Assembly (NCBI RefSeq): GCF_006345805.1
Contig: NC_043019.1
Span: 22,381,360-22,445,359, forward strand
Direction: 5' to 3'
DNA length: 64,000 nucleotides
From: Octopus sinensis
Lineage: Eukaryota
Shown here: positions 11,946 through 25,195 of the stretch, in pieces
How positions within the stretch are numbered: position 1 is the first letter of the stretch
Layout: every line of letters starts with the position of its first letter
Made by a program: the position numbers and the translations under genes
The notes under the pieces: model-generated
What the model was told of the DNA's origin: nothing
The model's database searches: none
The model's input: the letters and a program-made list of their open reading frames with translations, nothing else

Positions 11946-12349
11946 TTGAGTTACTTCTACTGTTACTATAATTGTAATTTTAGCTATCCATGTGTGACTT
12001 CCTATGAAAATGACAACTTGAAAAGTGCACACATACACACACGCAATCACATCACATAGACTAAAGCCAAACTGACTTCAACAATACTCTTTAAACTGTG
12101 TTTGTTTTGTCGTCTTCCCACTTTTTCAATATTTGCATAATAATGCACCCATTCACCGTGAGATCAAAACCTGCATTTAAGATATTCTCAGATGTTATTT
12201 GCGTCTTTACTGCTTTAATCCCCTTGAACAATACGTTTCTCATATATCAAATACACATCAGAAGCGAAAATGTTTCCCTACCAGACAGACATTCATATCG
12301 TAATAAAGGAAAGTCCTGTATGTGTGTGTGTGTGTGTGGATTACAAAAG

Positions 12350-12382
<33 letters not shown>

Positions 12383-12974
12383 TAAGCTCTGGCTCAAATC
12401 AATAAAAAAAAGAAATTATTTTAAACACTCTGGAAAGTAGTATTAAACTTGTGTCTTTTATTTCTTACTTGCTTCAGTCATTGGACTGCAATCATGCTGG
12501 GCACTGCTTGAAAGGTTTCGGATCTTTTCCTTTTGAACGGCAGTTTTCAACACAATTTCTAGTTAACTAAACACTTTTAGACTTCGTACACTGGTAGAAT
12601 GTGTCAAAATAAAACATTTTTTTTCTCTTGGCTTTCTTGAGAAAATTGTAATTTGTAAGTTTAATATTCCGAATTTTAACCAATCAATGGCCTCTATTGA
12701 GCTAAAATCATTTGCTGCATCTAAAACTGAGACAACATTATTGAAATCTCAAACTATGAGATAATGCATGATTAATTGAAAAAAATGTGAATAAATAAGA
12801 AAATTGCAGCAAAGCTGCATGGAAAAATTTTTCATAGAAAAAAATCTTTTGTTTCATATAGTGCACTCTGTGGATGTATACTTGATTTCTGCATGGAAAG
12901 CAGTTAGTAATTGTTTAAGCCAATGTACTTTGGTGTCAGACGTGGCATGCAGGCCATCATATAATTTGTTAAAC

Positions 12975-13375
12975 AGGCGCAGGAGTGGCTGTGTGGTAAG
13001 TAGCTTGTTTACCAACCACATGGTTCTGGGTCCAGTCCCACTGCGTGGCACCTTGGGCAAGTGTCTTCTACTATAGCCTCGGGCCGACCAAAGCCTTGTG
13101 AGTGGATTTGGTAGACAGAAACTGAAAGAAGCCCGTCGTATATATGTATATATATATATGCGTGTGTGTGTTTGTGTGTCTGTGTTTGTCCCCCTAGCAT
13201 TGCTTGACAACCAATGCTGGTGTGTTTATGTCCCCGTCACTTAGCGGTTTGGCAAAAGAGACCGATAGAATAAGTACTGGGCTTTACAAAAGAATAAGTC
13301 CCGGGGTCGAGTTGCTCGATTAAAGGTGATGCTCCAGCATGGCTGCAGTCAAATGACTGAAACAAGTAAAAGAGT
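12975..13375 (+). mobile_element. SINE family A, full length
   Basis: aggcgcaggagtggctgtgtgg head to gaaacaagtaaaagag tail. Confidence 0.85.
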
Positions 13376-14174
13376 ATATATCTTGTATGATGTTCCAGTG
13401 GTGTACCTTTCCTGCTCTATTTTTTATGGTCTTTAGCAATACATTTGTGTCTGGAAACTGTCCACAAACCCAATAATGTAGAATTTAAATTTCTAATAAT
13501 TTGTTTTAAGTCATATAATAAACTGTTTAGTCTTTGCTGTTCAAACTCAGCTGTTTTAAGAACACCAGATTTATGAAGTGTCATTAATGTGACATACGTT
13601 GGTGTTGGGAATGGTAACAAATCCAGCAACTGCTGATGGTTTGATTTAACAGCTGAATTGAAATTTTTCAATTTATAAACAATACTCTGGAGTTGTGTTG
13701 GATGACAAATGGACAACACAAAATGAACTTTTAGTTAAAATATCATTAATGCCTGCTGGCCAGGCAAAGAATTGAAAATATTACATGTTTTTCAAGTTAA
13801 TGTGTCAATTGTGGCACTCCGCTCGATAATATAAAATTTGTCAAAATCATCTGGTTGATTGTAGTTGTAAAAATTGTTGCATCTTGAGTCCCCCACAAAA
13901 ACACACATATCCTGCATCTGGGGTTCTGTGAAAATTTGTCTGCTATTTTCAGAGAATTATGGGAATCCAAAGTGTTTCACTAAAAAAGACAGAAACTATG
14001 GAAACAGTAGTTAGTAAGTACTAGGTGCCCAATATCTTATCAGGACAGTAATAGGAGCATATAGGCATTTACAAGAAACGGATTATTTTATAGAACTTTT
14101 TAACTGATATACATTTATTGATTAAGAATTTGCTTCTGGAGTTCACAGGACAGAATCTTTGATAATTGCCCTTG

Positions 14175-14370
14175 TCTATTATATAAAATCTGTTCTGTCT
14201 GTTTGTGTGTGTGTCTTCTAGGATCTTGGGCATCCTCCATCCGATTGTGCTCAAATTTGATTTGTAGATACTGATGGTATCAGGGCATGTATAAGTCTTG
14301 AAAAATTTACAAAAATCGATTCCAGGTGAGAATGCGATCGATGAAGCCATGGGAACGTGCATTTGTAAAA
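14175..14370 (+). mobile_element. Possible Helitron 5' end fragment
   Basis: TCtattatataaaa start followed by a (TG)-type tract, as in non-autonomous Helitrons; no 3' hairpin/CTAG seen. Confidence 0.35.
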
Positions 14371-15398
14371 TCGTTTTTCTTGGAATAGAAACAAAGTCTA
14401 TCTTTATTTCTTCTTTTGTTGGTGCCTCAAATTTAGGTTAAATCAGTGTTTCTCAAAGGGGAGGCCTATGGGACAGTTGGACGAGTTGTTTTGAGAAAAT
14501 TTGGTTTAGATGCTTGACAACTCAGCACCGTCCATTGGACGGGGGGCAGGGTGCGTTTTGCTCATTTCTATATATAAGAATAGTATTGTCATCTTGTTGT
14601 ATAACCTGAAATTCTTGGGTTATTTTCTGACATCCCTTTGACATTTCCTGTAGGTAGGAGTGTAGCTGCATAGAAACGGGGATTTCCTTTGTCAATACAA
14701 ACAATTCTTTCGTTTTTCTGCTTTTCTTAATTTTTAAGAAAACGGATATAGAAACATGGCGTTATCTGTATAATTAGATCAGCGAGATAAAGTGAGATGT
14801 GACATGGGCAATGTGTTTTTATTCTTCACTTCCGTTTTACGAATTTAGGCACAAGGCCAGCAAGTTCTGTGTGTGTGTGTGTATACATTTGTGTGTCTGT
14901 TTGTCCCCCAACATCGCTTGACAACCGATGGTGTGTGTTTATATCCCTGTAACTTAGCGGTTCGGTAAGTTGATTAATTTAACCCCAGTGCTCAACTGGT
15001 GTTTATTTTATCGACCCCGAAAGGATGAAAGTAAAATCGACCTTGGCAGAACACACATGTGCATTGTGTGTTCATACTTCTCTTTCTGGTTCCTACTCAA
15101 AACTGTTTACAAGTCCCGTCTATCTCATGGACCTATGGTCATGGGAGTGCTTCATGCTCTGATTATTGTGACATAATACATTTAACAGAGTAACCTGTTC
15201 CATCCCTCTTTAACCTGAACGTTAAAGGGTTATGTAAAGTTATGAAATAATTAAAAAAACTTACTTGCTTTTTAAATATTGATCTTTTTAAATGTGTCAG
15301 GTGTTAACCCTTTTGATACCAAGCTCCCTGGCTGGTATCAAATGGTTGTGAGATACAGGTTTCCTGTTTTTGACAGACATAAATGAATGCCTTCTTCC

Positions 15399-15433
<35 letters not shown>

Positions 15434-15879
15434 TATATATGATGGGCTTCTTTCCAAATCCACTCACAAGGCTTTGGTTGGCCCGAGGCTATAGTAGAAG
15501 ACACTTGCCCAAGGTGCCACACAGTGGGACTGAACCCAGAACCATGTGGTTGGTAAGCAAGCTATGTACCATACAGCCACTCCTGTGCCTGTACCACCAC
15601 TATCTTCATCATCATCACCACTACCACCATTATCATTGACATCACCACTGCTACTACCACTACCATCATCATCATCATCATCATTTTACATCTGTTTTCA
15701 ATGCTGATACAGGTCGAACAGGTATAGTGGGTAGGTGGGGGAGTCATCAGGTTCCAGAACAATCCATATTTGGGGTTACTACTGTGAAGGGCTACATCAC
15801 ACTTCAATTATTCTAATTTACAAATTTTGTTAAATGATTTCTCTTTTGTTTTTACAGATTACCACTAGTTTTCTGGGAC

Positions 15880-16030
15880 TCTATTATTATTATTATTATT
15901 ATTATTGGAGCTAATCAACGGCAGCTTTAGTTTTATATTTATGGACTACCATATTAGCTTGGCAATAACTATTAATATTATTATTATTATTGTTATTATT
16001 ATCATTATTATTATTATCATTATTATTATC

Positions 16031-16090
<60 letters not shown>
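15880..16090. repeat. (ATT)n microsatellite
   Basis: Direct reading. Confidence 0.9.
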
Positions 16091-16092
<2 letters not shown>

Positions 16093-16555
16093 GGTGGTGA
16101 GCTGGCAGAATCATCAGCACACCAGTTGAAATGCTTAGCAGTATTTTGTCTGTCGCTACATTCTGAGTTCAAATTCTGCCAAGGTCGACTTTGTCTTTCA
16201 TCCATTTGGGGTCGATAAAATAAGCACCAGTTGAGCACTGGGGTTAAATTAATCAACTTACCCCTCCCCAAAACTTGCTGGCCTTGTGCCTAAATTTGAA
16301 ATCATTGTTGTTGTTGTTGTCATTGTTATTATCAAGGAGGTGAGCTGGCAGAATCTTTAGCATGGTGGACAAAATGCTTGGCAACATTTTAAATATGTTC
16401 TATATGTTCTGAGTTCAAATTCCGCCATGGTCAAGTTTGCCTTTCATCCTGTCAGGGTCGATGAAATAACTGCCAGTTGAGCATTGGGGTCGATGTAATC
16501 AACTATCTCGCCTCCACCTGAAATTTTAGGACTTGTGGCTTTAGTAAAAAGAATT
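16091..16555 (+). mobile_element. Two adjacent SINE family B copies
   Basis: aaggtggtgagctggcagaatc heads at ~16091 and ~16335, each with gagttcaaatt and ggtcgactttg.ctttcatcc. Confidence 0.75.
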
Positions 16556-16599
16556 ATTATTAGTATTTCCTTTTATAAATTAGCAAAATTGTTATAGTG

Positions 16600-16845
16600 G
16601 GGGCACGTGGCTTAGTGGTTAGGGTGTCAGCACTATGATCGTAAAATTGTGGTTTCAATTCCTGAACCGGGCGACACGTTGTGTTCTTGAGCAAAACACT
16701 TCATTTCGCGTTGCTCCAGTCCACTCAGCTGGCAAAAATGAGTAACACTGCGATGGACTGGCATCACATCCAGCTGGGGAACACATACACCATAGAAACT
16801 GGGAAACCCGGCCCATGAGCCTGGCTAGGCTTTAAAAGGGCGGGC
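16600..16845 (+). mobile_element. tRNA-derived CORE SINE, family D-related
   Basis: ggcacgtggcttagtggttaggg head; CORE-like gttgtgttcttgagcaaaacac...ccactcagctg...aatgagt. Confidence 0.7.
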
Positions 16846-17757
16846 ACATTTATTTATTTATTTATTTTAAAATTGTTATAGTGTTGGATGCAATACCTCA
16901 TGTATTTTTTCCAGTTCTCTGCGCTATGAGTTCAAATCTGGCTGGGGTCAACTTTATCTTTCATCTTTATGAAAACAATAAAATAAGGTGTCCATCATGC
17001 ACTGGGGTTGATGTAATCATCTAATGCCTCCCCTACGCACACTCCTCCCATTAAAATTCAGGCCATGTACCCAATAAGAAACAGCTGCTTTTTGTTCTTA
17101 TTATCATCTGTTTGACATTGAAATTATGGGTCACAAGCAATAAAAATTTTAGAAGCAGTGGAGCACCATTACATTACCGACAGGATTGGTTGTGTCAATA
17201 AAGTAAGTTGTGGCATGGCTTTGACCTTCCAAGGTGCTTAACTAGGGCAAACCACTTAAGGTTTGTATAACACTTAAACTTGCCCGCTTAATTTACTGAA
17301 ATCCAATATCATCAAACAATATTCAGGATTTCATCAGTCGAGAGATAGCCGCAAAAATTACAAAACAAACAAAAAGTAAACAAAAAACATATACTGACCT
17401 GATGTTTTTTTGTTTTTTTAAATATTTATTTTTATAATTGTCTTTAATTTTAATTCCTTGACTACAACATCTACAGTTAGAATAGTTATATACCTATGAC
17501 TTTTATATGATCTATAGAAGTCCAAGCACAGCTGTGTGATAAGAAGTTTGCTTTCCAACCACATGGATCCAGGTTCAGTCCCCTTGCATTGCCTATCAAA
17601 GGCTTGTGATGGGGATTTGATAGGCGGAAACTGAAAGAAGCCTATTGTATATGTGTATATGTGTACATTCACTATTCTTGATAATCATTTCAACTACAAA
17701 CCGGTTATTTTTTCACTGATTCAAATGAAAAATGAAACTGTAAGACATTAGCTTCGT

Positions 17758-18123
17758 CAGTGATTCTCAACTGGGGTCCATTTAAGATTATTGGGGTCCA
17801 CACAGGCAAAATAGTAAATTGGGGATCCACTGTAATATTTTAAGGGGTCATGATAAAAAATTCTGCTTGAGATGTATTTATTGCGAAAAACAGGGTTTTT
17901 TTCTCTAATGTTTTACACAGTTCAACATGTTTCTGGACCCTGAAACATGTTCTCTCAAAATATTATTGCAAACCTACACATGGGAACATGTGAAAAACAA
18001 AATAGGTATTTTGAAATAAGTATCTATATAACTAGCTTTTAGACATTGAATGGTTATGGGAGTCCACCAGAATAAATTAGTAATCAAAGGGGTCCATATG
18101 TAAAAAATAGCTGAGAACCACTG
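17758..18123. mobile_element. hAT-like MITE
   Basis: TIRs CAGTGATTCTCAAC / GCTGAGAACCACTG (12/14 match); degenerate 8-bp flanks agcttcgt / agctacat. Confidence 0.7.
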
Positions 18124-19170
18124 AGCTACATGAAGACATCATTACTATCTGCCTAACTTGACTGGCTCTGTGTGTCATCAGGCATTCACCACCCTCTATC
18201 TGTTGGGTAACTGGATAAGTGAATGTTCTATTTTGGCAATCTTATCGAGGATTAGTGGTGCGGAAGTGTGACAGCATTCTTGGAAGACTCTGGGCATTGA
18301 TGAAAAGGAGCTTGCTTGTTTCGGTTGAAGGCTGGTATGAATAATTTCCAGAAGCCCTTGGATTGGCAATGCTACTCTATGAGCATGGGTGCTGTAAGAC
18401 AGACTTTTCTGAAATGTGTGCAGAGCAATGAAACTATTCTGCATGCAATTGTTTATTATCCAAGTATTGCTGACCTGTGGAGTTAAGTGAAACAGCTGCT
18501 GTTGTATGTATGTAGAACAAATATGTGTATCAGCCAAGTTCACGGCAATAATTAACCTACTGCCCTCTTTTAATCAAGCAGGCAAAGCAGGTTTTCTTTG
18601 TCTGGTTGCTATGGCATAAGGAGTTGTCTAGTGGACGAGGTCAAAAGAAATGAAGATATAGACATTACTCTTTGGTGGAGAGGGAGCTGCTGTCCTTCAG
18701 TGAATTTATTGAAAGGTGGTGAAGTGCAAAAATTGCTCTAAGCATAGACCTGTGAGCTAGAGAACAAGAATTGGTGTTCATGGAGATCTTTGATTGTCTA
18801 TAGAAGTCATTCAGTATTAGGAGAATCATATTACTATCACCTTTATTTTTTTTCACTGACATATACTATGTGTACTTCTTTCTTTTATTTAGACCATGTT
18901 ACATTTTTTCTTATTGTTTCATTCTATGTAAATCCTCACACTTTATGTCAATCTTTGTATTGCCCACCTTAATTAATTGCCCTGGTGTGAGATAAAAGAA
19001 ATTATGATTACTATTATTCCACTGAGATCAGCTCCACCTTTCACCTTTTTGAGCTCAATAAAATAAGTACCAGTACTGGGGTTGATGTACTTCACTTAGA
19101 ACCGCCCCACAAAACTGATGGCCTTTTGCCAAGATTTTAAACTATTATTATTATTTTTATTATTATTATT

Positions 19171-19538
19171 ATTACCTCTGCCTTAGCAAAGGTGGAGGTA
19201 TTGTTTTCAATCATTTTTGTTTGTTTGTCTGTGGACAAGATATCTCAAGAACCACTGGATGGATTCGGATGAAACTTTCAGGGATGTTTGGCCTCGTGAA
19301 TGGCACGAACTGATTAATTTTGGGGATTGATCTGGTACTGGACAAAGATTCTGGATTATTTTTCCTGTGTTTTTTATTTAATTTTTGAGAGCAGTTGAGT
19401 TCAATTTTAGCATTCTCGTTTGTGAGAGCAGTCAAGTTTATTTCATATATTCTCATTTTAAAAATCATCTCTGGCTAATCATTGAGAGGATGTTGGTGTT
19501 GCCTTGGTGGAGGTTTGTGCTCTCTGAGTGCTCTTGTT
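19171..19538 (+). mobile_element. Helentron-associated (HINE/DINE-1-like) non-autonomous element
   Basis: Subterminal inverted repeats acctctgcc / ggtggaggt, internal tttg/tgtc microsatellite, short 3' hairpin gtgctctctgagtgc, inserted in a T-rich tract. Confidence 0.55.
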
Positions 19539-19790
19539 ATTATTGGTATTGTTATTGAGATAGTGAGCTGGCAGAATTGCTAGCACAGCAGACAAAATGC
19601 TTAGTTTGAATTCCATCAAAGTTGACTTTGCTTTTCATCTTTTTCAGATCTTCATCATCATCATCATCGTTTAACGTCCGCTTTCCATAAAATAAATACC
19701 AGTTGAGCACTGGGGGATGGGGAATAATTGACTAGCCCCCCACCCCCCCGACTCCACAAGATTTCAGTCCCTGTGTTTACAGTAAAAAGG

Positions 19791-19794
<4 letters not shown>

Positions 19795-19850
<56 letters not shown>

Positions 19851-20075
19851 GTTATTATTATTAAGGTGGTGAGCTGGCAGAATTGTTAGTGTGCCAGATG
19901 AAATTCTTAGTGGTATTTCGTCTGCCACTACATTTTGAGTTCAAATTCTCCTGAGGTCAATTTTGCCTATCATCCTTTCAGGGTCAATAATTTAAGTACC
20001 AGTGAAACACTGGGGTCGATGTAATTGACTAGTCCCCTCTCACAAATTTGTGGCCTTGTGCCTCCAATAGAAAGG

Positions 20076-20106
<31 letters not shown>

Positions 20107-20126
20107 GTAGTAGTAGTAGTAGTAGT
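19795..20126 (+). mobile_element. (ATT)n tract followed by SINE family B
   Basis: Family B head at ~19863; microsatellites on both sides. Confidence 0.75.
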
Positions 20127-20506
20127 GGAGGCGCAATGGCCCAGTGGTTAGGGCAGCGGACTCGTGGTCGTAGGATCGCGGTTTCGATTCCCAGACCGGG
20201 CGTTGTGAGTGTTTATTGAGCGAAAACACCTAAAAGCTCCACGAGGCTCCGGCAGGGATGGTGGTGATCCCTGCTGTACTCTTTCACCACAACTTTCTCT
20301 CACTCTTACTTCCTGTTTCTGCTGTACCTGTATTTCAAAGGGCCGGCCTTGTCACTCTCTGTGTCACGCTGAATATCCCCGAGAACTACGTTAAGGGTAC
20401 ACGTGTCTGTGGGGTGCTCAGCCACATACACGTTAATTTCATGAGCAGGCTGTTCCGTTGATTGGATCAACCGGAACCCTCGTCGTCGTAACCGACAGAG
20501 TGCTTC
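20127..20506 (+). mobile_element. tRNA-derived SINE family C
   Basis: ggaggcgcaatggcccagtggttagggcagcggactc...ggtttcgattccc head; near-identical to 59588-59970. Confidence 0.85.
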
Positions 20507-20960
20507 TCTCTTTTAGTAGTAGTAGTAGTAGTCGTAGTAGTAGTAGTAGTAGTAGTAGTAAGGCGGTGAGCTGGCAGAATTGCTTAGCAGTATTTCACCT
20601 GTCTCTACGTTCTGAGTTCAAATTCCGCCGAGGTCGACTTAACCTTTTGTTATATCCTTGTGAATAAATGAATACACTGCAACAGTGTAACAACAATATA
20701 ATCGAAACAAACAGCAGTAAGAATTTGCATTTTTCTTCTCTCAAAGTGAACCCGGAAACTTTAATTTTCTTAAACACAGCTTTTATGTGTCCCACATGCC
20801 TGTTCATGAGAATTACTCTTAATCAAAATATCGTCCAAGTGCGGGATTGCAAATTCACAATCAGGTAACATAGTATCCATGATTTGCAGGAATATTGCTG
20901 GTGCCATTTTTTCATCTAAAAGGTAATCGTGTGTATTTGTACAATTCTCTGTGTGTATTT

Positions 20961-21215
20961 AAGTATAGATGGGCTGGACACGTCGCCCGGCTCACCGATA
21001 ATCGGTGGACGCACGCAGTTGTCGAGTGGTACCCGCGTGAGCGGAAAAGACCACCCGGAAGACCTCCACGACGGTGGAATGACGATTTCAAGAGGACGAT
21101 TGGGATCACGTGGATGAGAAAGGCGCGATCCAGAGAGGAGTGGACAGCATGCTGTGACCAGCGGTGTCAAATGGACACCTGACGGACTGGTCAGTCAAAG
21201 TGATCAAAGTGATTT
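20961..21215 (+). mobile_element. 3' fragment of an RTE-type LINE inserted in the Gypsy RT
   Basis: KYRWAGHVARLTDNRWTHAVVEWYPRERKRPPGRPPRRWNDDF; tail (caaagtgat)2; ATTT duplicated at 20957-20960 and 21212-21215. Confidence 0.8.
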
Positions 21216-21480
21216 ATTGTCAAATACTTTGAGCATTTTTCATTTACTTTTATCTGTAAATAGGTTTCAGACAGATCTGCAGTCGGGAGTGGATGGTGGT
21301 ATGTTTTTAAACAGTTGTTCAATCCTGTATTCAGAGAAATCGGTATTCAGCCTAATCTTATTAATTTTTTAAATACATACCCTGGGTGCCGCCCACTTCA
21401 TGTAATCCACCTTTTTGTTGACTCAGCTCTTTTCGAGTCTGTCCAGCTTTTCCTTTATGGTTTCAATTGCTGCAAATTAC

Positions 21481-21897
21481 TCTTTATTCTTTTACTTGTT
21501 TCAGTCATTTGACTGCGGCCATGCTGGAGCACCGCCTTTAATCGAGCAACTCGACCCCGGGACTTATTCTTTTGTAAGCCCAGTACTTATTCTATCAGTC
21601 TCTTTTGCCGAACCACTAAGTAACGGGGACATAAACACACCAGCATCGGTTGTGAAGCAATGCTAGGGGGACAAACACAGACACACAAACACACACACAC
21701 ACACATACACATATATATATATATACATATATACGACGGGCTTCTTTCAGTTTCCGTCTACCAAATCCACTCACAAGGCTTTGGTCGGCCCGAGGCTATA
21801 GTAGAAGACACTTGCCCAAGGTGCCATGCAGTGGGACTGAACCCGGAACCATGTGGTTGGTAAACAAGCTTCTTACCACACAGCCACTCCTGCGCCT
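21481..21897 (-). mobile_element. SINE family A, full length
   Basis: Consensus match; inserted in Gypsy pol. Confidence 0.85.
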
Positions 21898-22637
21898 TTG
21901 GTACTTTTGTTTACTTTAAGTACAGTTACAGTGTTTTCACTTACTTGGAAATAGGCTTCTGTCTTTCTACATAGACCTAAATCCTCTGATAACTCTAGCA
22001 GAAACATTTTTTTCAAAAGACTTGTTTTTAACGGAACAACCATTTATGTTACTGCAGTAAAGATTTATGGGGAGGTGCCATAAATCAAATAGTTCTAACC
22101 AATCTGTGCCAAACAGATTGAGTGTATTATCCACAACGAATAATTTTGCTTCTTGTGTCTCTCCTCAAAATGTCACATCAATACATGTTTTGCCCTTGAA
22201 ATGTAATTACACCACATGTTATTTTCACTGTTTTATGGTATCTTGGTTTTACCAATTCTTTTCCAAGTATCTGCATTTATAATCAAGATGTCATACCTGT
22301 GTCTAACTGTAATTTGGTATTCACGTCATTTAATTTTGCATGCATGAATTTTCTTGTTTTTCCGTCACAATCACTCTCTGCTAAAAACACCTTAGAACAT
22401 TTTATGTTTGAACGTTGTAGTTTTGTTCTACAATGAGAACTCCTGTATCCCAGCTTCTGACAACTATAGCACTTTTTGTTTTTAAATAGACAATCCTTTT
22501 TTTTTAATGTAGGCTTCCACAACCAACCATAACATAGATTGGTGCCTGACACATTTTTTTCATTGTGCTTCCTGGGACGATATATTTGAATTTTTGCAGA
22601 GTCTTATCTTGTATTTTTGTCACATCATGTTTAAGAT

Positions 22638-23058
22638 AGGCGCAGGAGTGGCTGTGTGGTAAGTAGCTTGCTAACCAACCACATGGTTCTGGGTTCAGTC
22701 CCACTGCGTGGCATTTTGGGCAAGTGTCTTCTCCTATAGCCTCGGGCCGACCAATGCCTTGTGAGTGGATTTGGTAGACGGAAACTGAAAGAAGCCTGTC
22801 GTATATATGTATATATATATGTGTATGTGTATGTTTGTGTGTCTGTGTTTGTCCCCCTAGCATTGCTTGACAACCGATGCTGGTGTGTTTATGTCCCCGT
22901 CACTTAGCGGTTCGGCAAAAGAGACCGATAGAATAAGTACTGGGCTTACAAAGAATAAGTCCCGGGGTTGATTTGCTCGACTAAAGGCGGTGCTCCAGCA
23001 TGGCCGCAGTCAAAATGACTGAAACAAGTAAAAGAGAGTAAAAGAGAAAGAGAGAGTA
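22638..23058 (+). mobile_element. SINE family A, full length
   Basis: Consensus match; inserted in Gypsy gag. Confidence 0.85.
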
Positions 23059-23109
23059 TTTGCCATAGTCTTACATTCTTCTACAATGGTCTGTAGAGAT
23101 AAATCTTTG

Positions 23110-23420
23110 GTCGTATTGAACCCAATGCTCTGATGACAATAGGGACAACCTTTATGTTTGACTCTTACAGCTGCCACATCTTGGCAATGTCAATTCTCAG
23201 GTTTCCATATTTATCAACCTCTTTACTTGCTTCAGTCATTTGACTGCGGCCATGCTGGAGCACTGCCTTTTAAATCGAGCAACTCGATCCCGGGACTTAT
23301 TCTTTGTAAGCCCAGTACTTATTCTATCGGTCTCTTTTGCCAAACCGCTAAGTGACGGGGACATAAACACACCAGCATCGGTTGTCAAGCAATGCTAGGG
23401 GGACAAACACAGACACACAA

Positions 23421-23462
<42 letters not shown>

Positions 23463-24060
23463 ACATATATATATATATATATTTATACGACGGGCTTCTT
23501 TCAGTTTCTGTCTACCAAATCCACTCACAAGGCTTTGGTCAGCCCAAGGCTATAGTAGAAGACACTTGCCCAAGGTGCCACGCAGTGGGACTGAACCCAG
23601 AACCATGTGGTTGGTAAACAAGCTACTTACCACACAGCCACTCCTGCGCCTTTCCTCTTTCTTTCATGATAATATGATGATCTCCTGGCACTGCCACATC
23701 GTTTATTAGGTACTCTTGTTTGTCCCTCATAAAGGCTACTATATCCGGCCTATGGTGCTCTTACACCTTGTCTGTCTGGAAGTCAAAGCTCCATAGGATC
23801 TTTGCCTCTCCGTTTTTCTCCCTTACCTTTTCCAGTGTATGTTGGTACCAAGCATCCATTACCTTGTATTCATACTTCTGGCAGAGTAACCAGTGAAGGT
23901 TTTGGGTTACCTTGTCTTGTCTGTGCAAGACTTTCAAAAGCACTAACAATGTGAGTCACACTTTCGACTTTCTCTCCATACACGCTGCAAAAGTTTGTTG
24001 CACTTTTTTTTCTCAAACCTTGAGCTTATTCACTTACAAGTTAGCAACGGATTCTCTGAG
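23110..24060 (-). mobile_element. RLE (R4/NeSL-type) LINE 3' fragment, split by a SINE
   Basis: QDKVTQNLHWLLCQKY...WYQHTLEKV...KILWSFDFQTDKV, and further downstream KYGNLRIDIAKMW...VVPIVIRALGS. Confidence 0.75.
23219..23650 (-). mobile_element. SINE family A, full length
   Basis: Consensus match. Confidence 0.85.
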
Positions 24061-24289
24061 ATTACAAGTTAGCACTGCCTGGTATTGCATCAGATTATTA
24101 TAATTATTATTATTATTATCATGAATTTTTCATCTTTTAATTTTGTTTCCATTTCATGCCGAGTGTCTTTCCAACACCTAGGGTAAAGAAATTCCTGTAT
24201 ATATATTGATAGGCCATTACAATAAACACATCGGATTGTTTATTTAGAAAATCAAGTTATGGGAAAGAAAGAAAGAAAGACAGAAAAAA

Positions 24290-24865
24290 TAATGAATAAA
24301 GAAAAATTTTACATGTGTGGTTATCATTCTCACAGTGACAATGCTCTTCTCAATATGTGTGACACCAATTAAAACAATCTTTTGTACTGGTTGCATGGAT
24401 GGTAAACCAGGGGTCAATCTCAAATAATTTTCACTTCCTTTTTGATCATTCCTAATACATCTACAATCATTGGTATTGTAACTGCCTTGTAATGCCATAT
24501 TTTTTCAATTTCAGTGAGCAAATCTTTTTATTTTCTGACCATGTCAAATTCTTTTACTGAGGTATTATGATCACAAAGAATACCCATGTCGATCAATAAA
24601 CAAACTTTATTCCTTTGGTCTTTCACAACAATGTCTGGTTTATTAGCTTTGATAGTTCAGTCTGTATGTACTGGAAAGACCAACAGAATCATTACATTTT
24701 CTCCTTTAGTTATAGCCTCAGGGTGGTGATTATACCACTTGTCAGCAGTCTTGATCTTATAATGCCGACATATTAACCTGTGTAGATATTGACTGACTCT
24801 GTCTTGTCTTGATTTATACTCCACTGGTGCTAAGACTTTACATCCATTGTTATTATTTGACAAGT
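24290..24865 (-). mobile_element. RLE LINE 3' fragment
   Basis: RQDRVSQYLHRLICRHYKIKTADKWYNHHPEAITKGENV...ANKPDIVVKD...; disrupted. Confidence 0.75.
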
Positions 24866-24869
24866 AGTT

Positions 24870-25195
24870 CCATCACCACCCTGAGGCTGTAACTGAGGGA
24901 GAAAATGTAATGATTCTTTGAGACTTTCTAGCGCATACAGACAGAACCATCGAAGCTAATAAAACAGATATCGTTGTGAAAGATCAAAACAATAGAGTTT
25001 GTTTGTTGATCAACATGAGTATTCCTTGTGATCATAATACCTTGGCAAAAGAATACGACAAGCTTAGAAAATATGAAAAATTTGCTCATTGCAATTTTTT
25101 TAAATGTGCCTCTCAAGATGGTGACAATACCAGTGATTGTAAAAGCACTGGGAATGATCAAAAGAGGAAGTGAGTATTTACAGAAATTCTTTAAA
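24870..25195 (+). mobile_element. RLE LINE 3' fragment, opposite orientation
   Basis: HHPEAVTEGENV...IVVKDQNNRVCLLINMSIPCD...KEYDKLRKY...VKALGMIKRGSEYL; disrupted. Confidence 0.75.

Larger units (their letters stand above)
20725..23110 (-). mobile_element. Fragmented Ty3/Gypsy gag-pol fossil
   Basis: In order on minus: gag KDLSLQTIVEEC..NLKHD, zinc knuckle CYSCQKLGYRSSHC, protease LQLDTG, NLFGTDWLELFDLW, RT KWAAP...DLSETYLQI...LTINTH.ELYKYTRLPF...APAIFLQIMDTML...HLDDILI...EEKCKF. Contains stops and frameshifts and is interrupted by insertions. Confidence 0.85.

Noticed and set aside
17295-17340. Other CTGANGA hits (17332, 5490, 23129, 34998, 37265, 38534, 41352, 59520)
   Set aside because: No correctly placed GAAA with pairing stems; expected by chance.
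18196-18862. Minus-strand ORFs of 115 and 65 aa that look like decayed coding sequence (also 13417-13719, 62194-62610)
   Set aside because: No motif I can recognise and no splice context; a TBLASTN/HHpred search would be needed to assign them.
20127-20200. tRNA-like heads (also 25930, 35991, 59588)
   Set aside because: A/B boxes run on into SINE bodies with multiple dispersed copies; no complete cloverleaf with an acceptor stem is evident.
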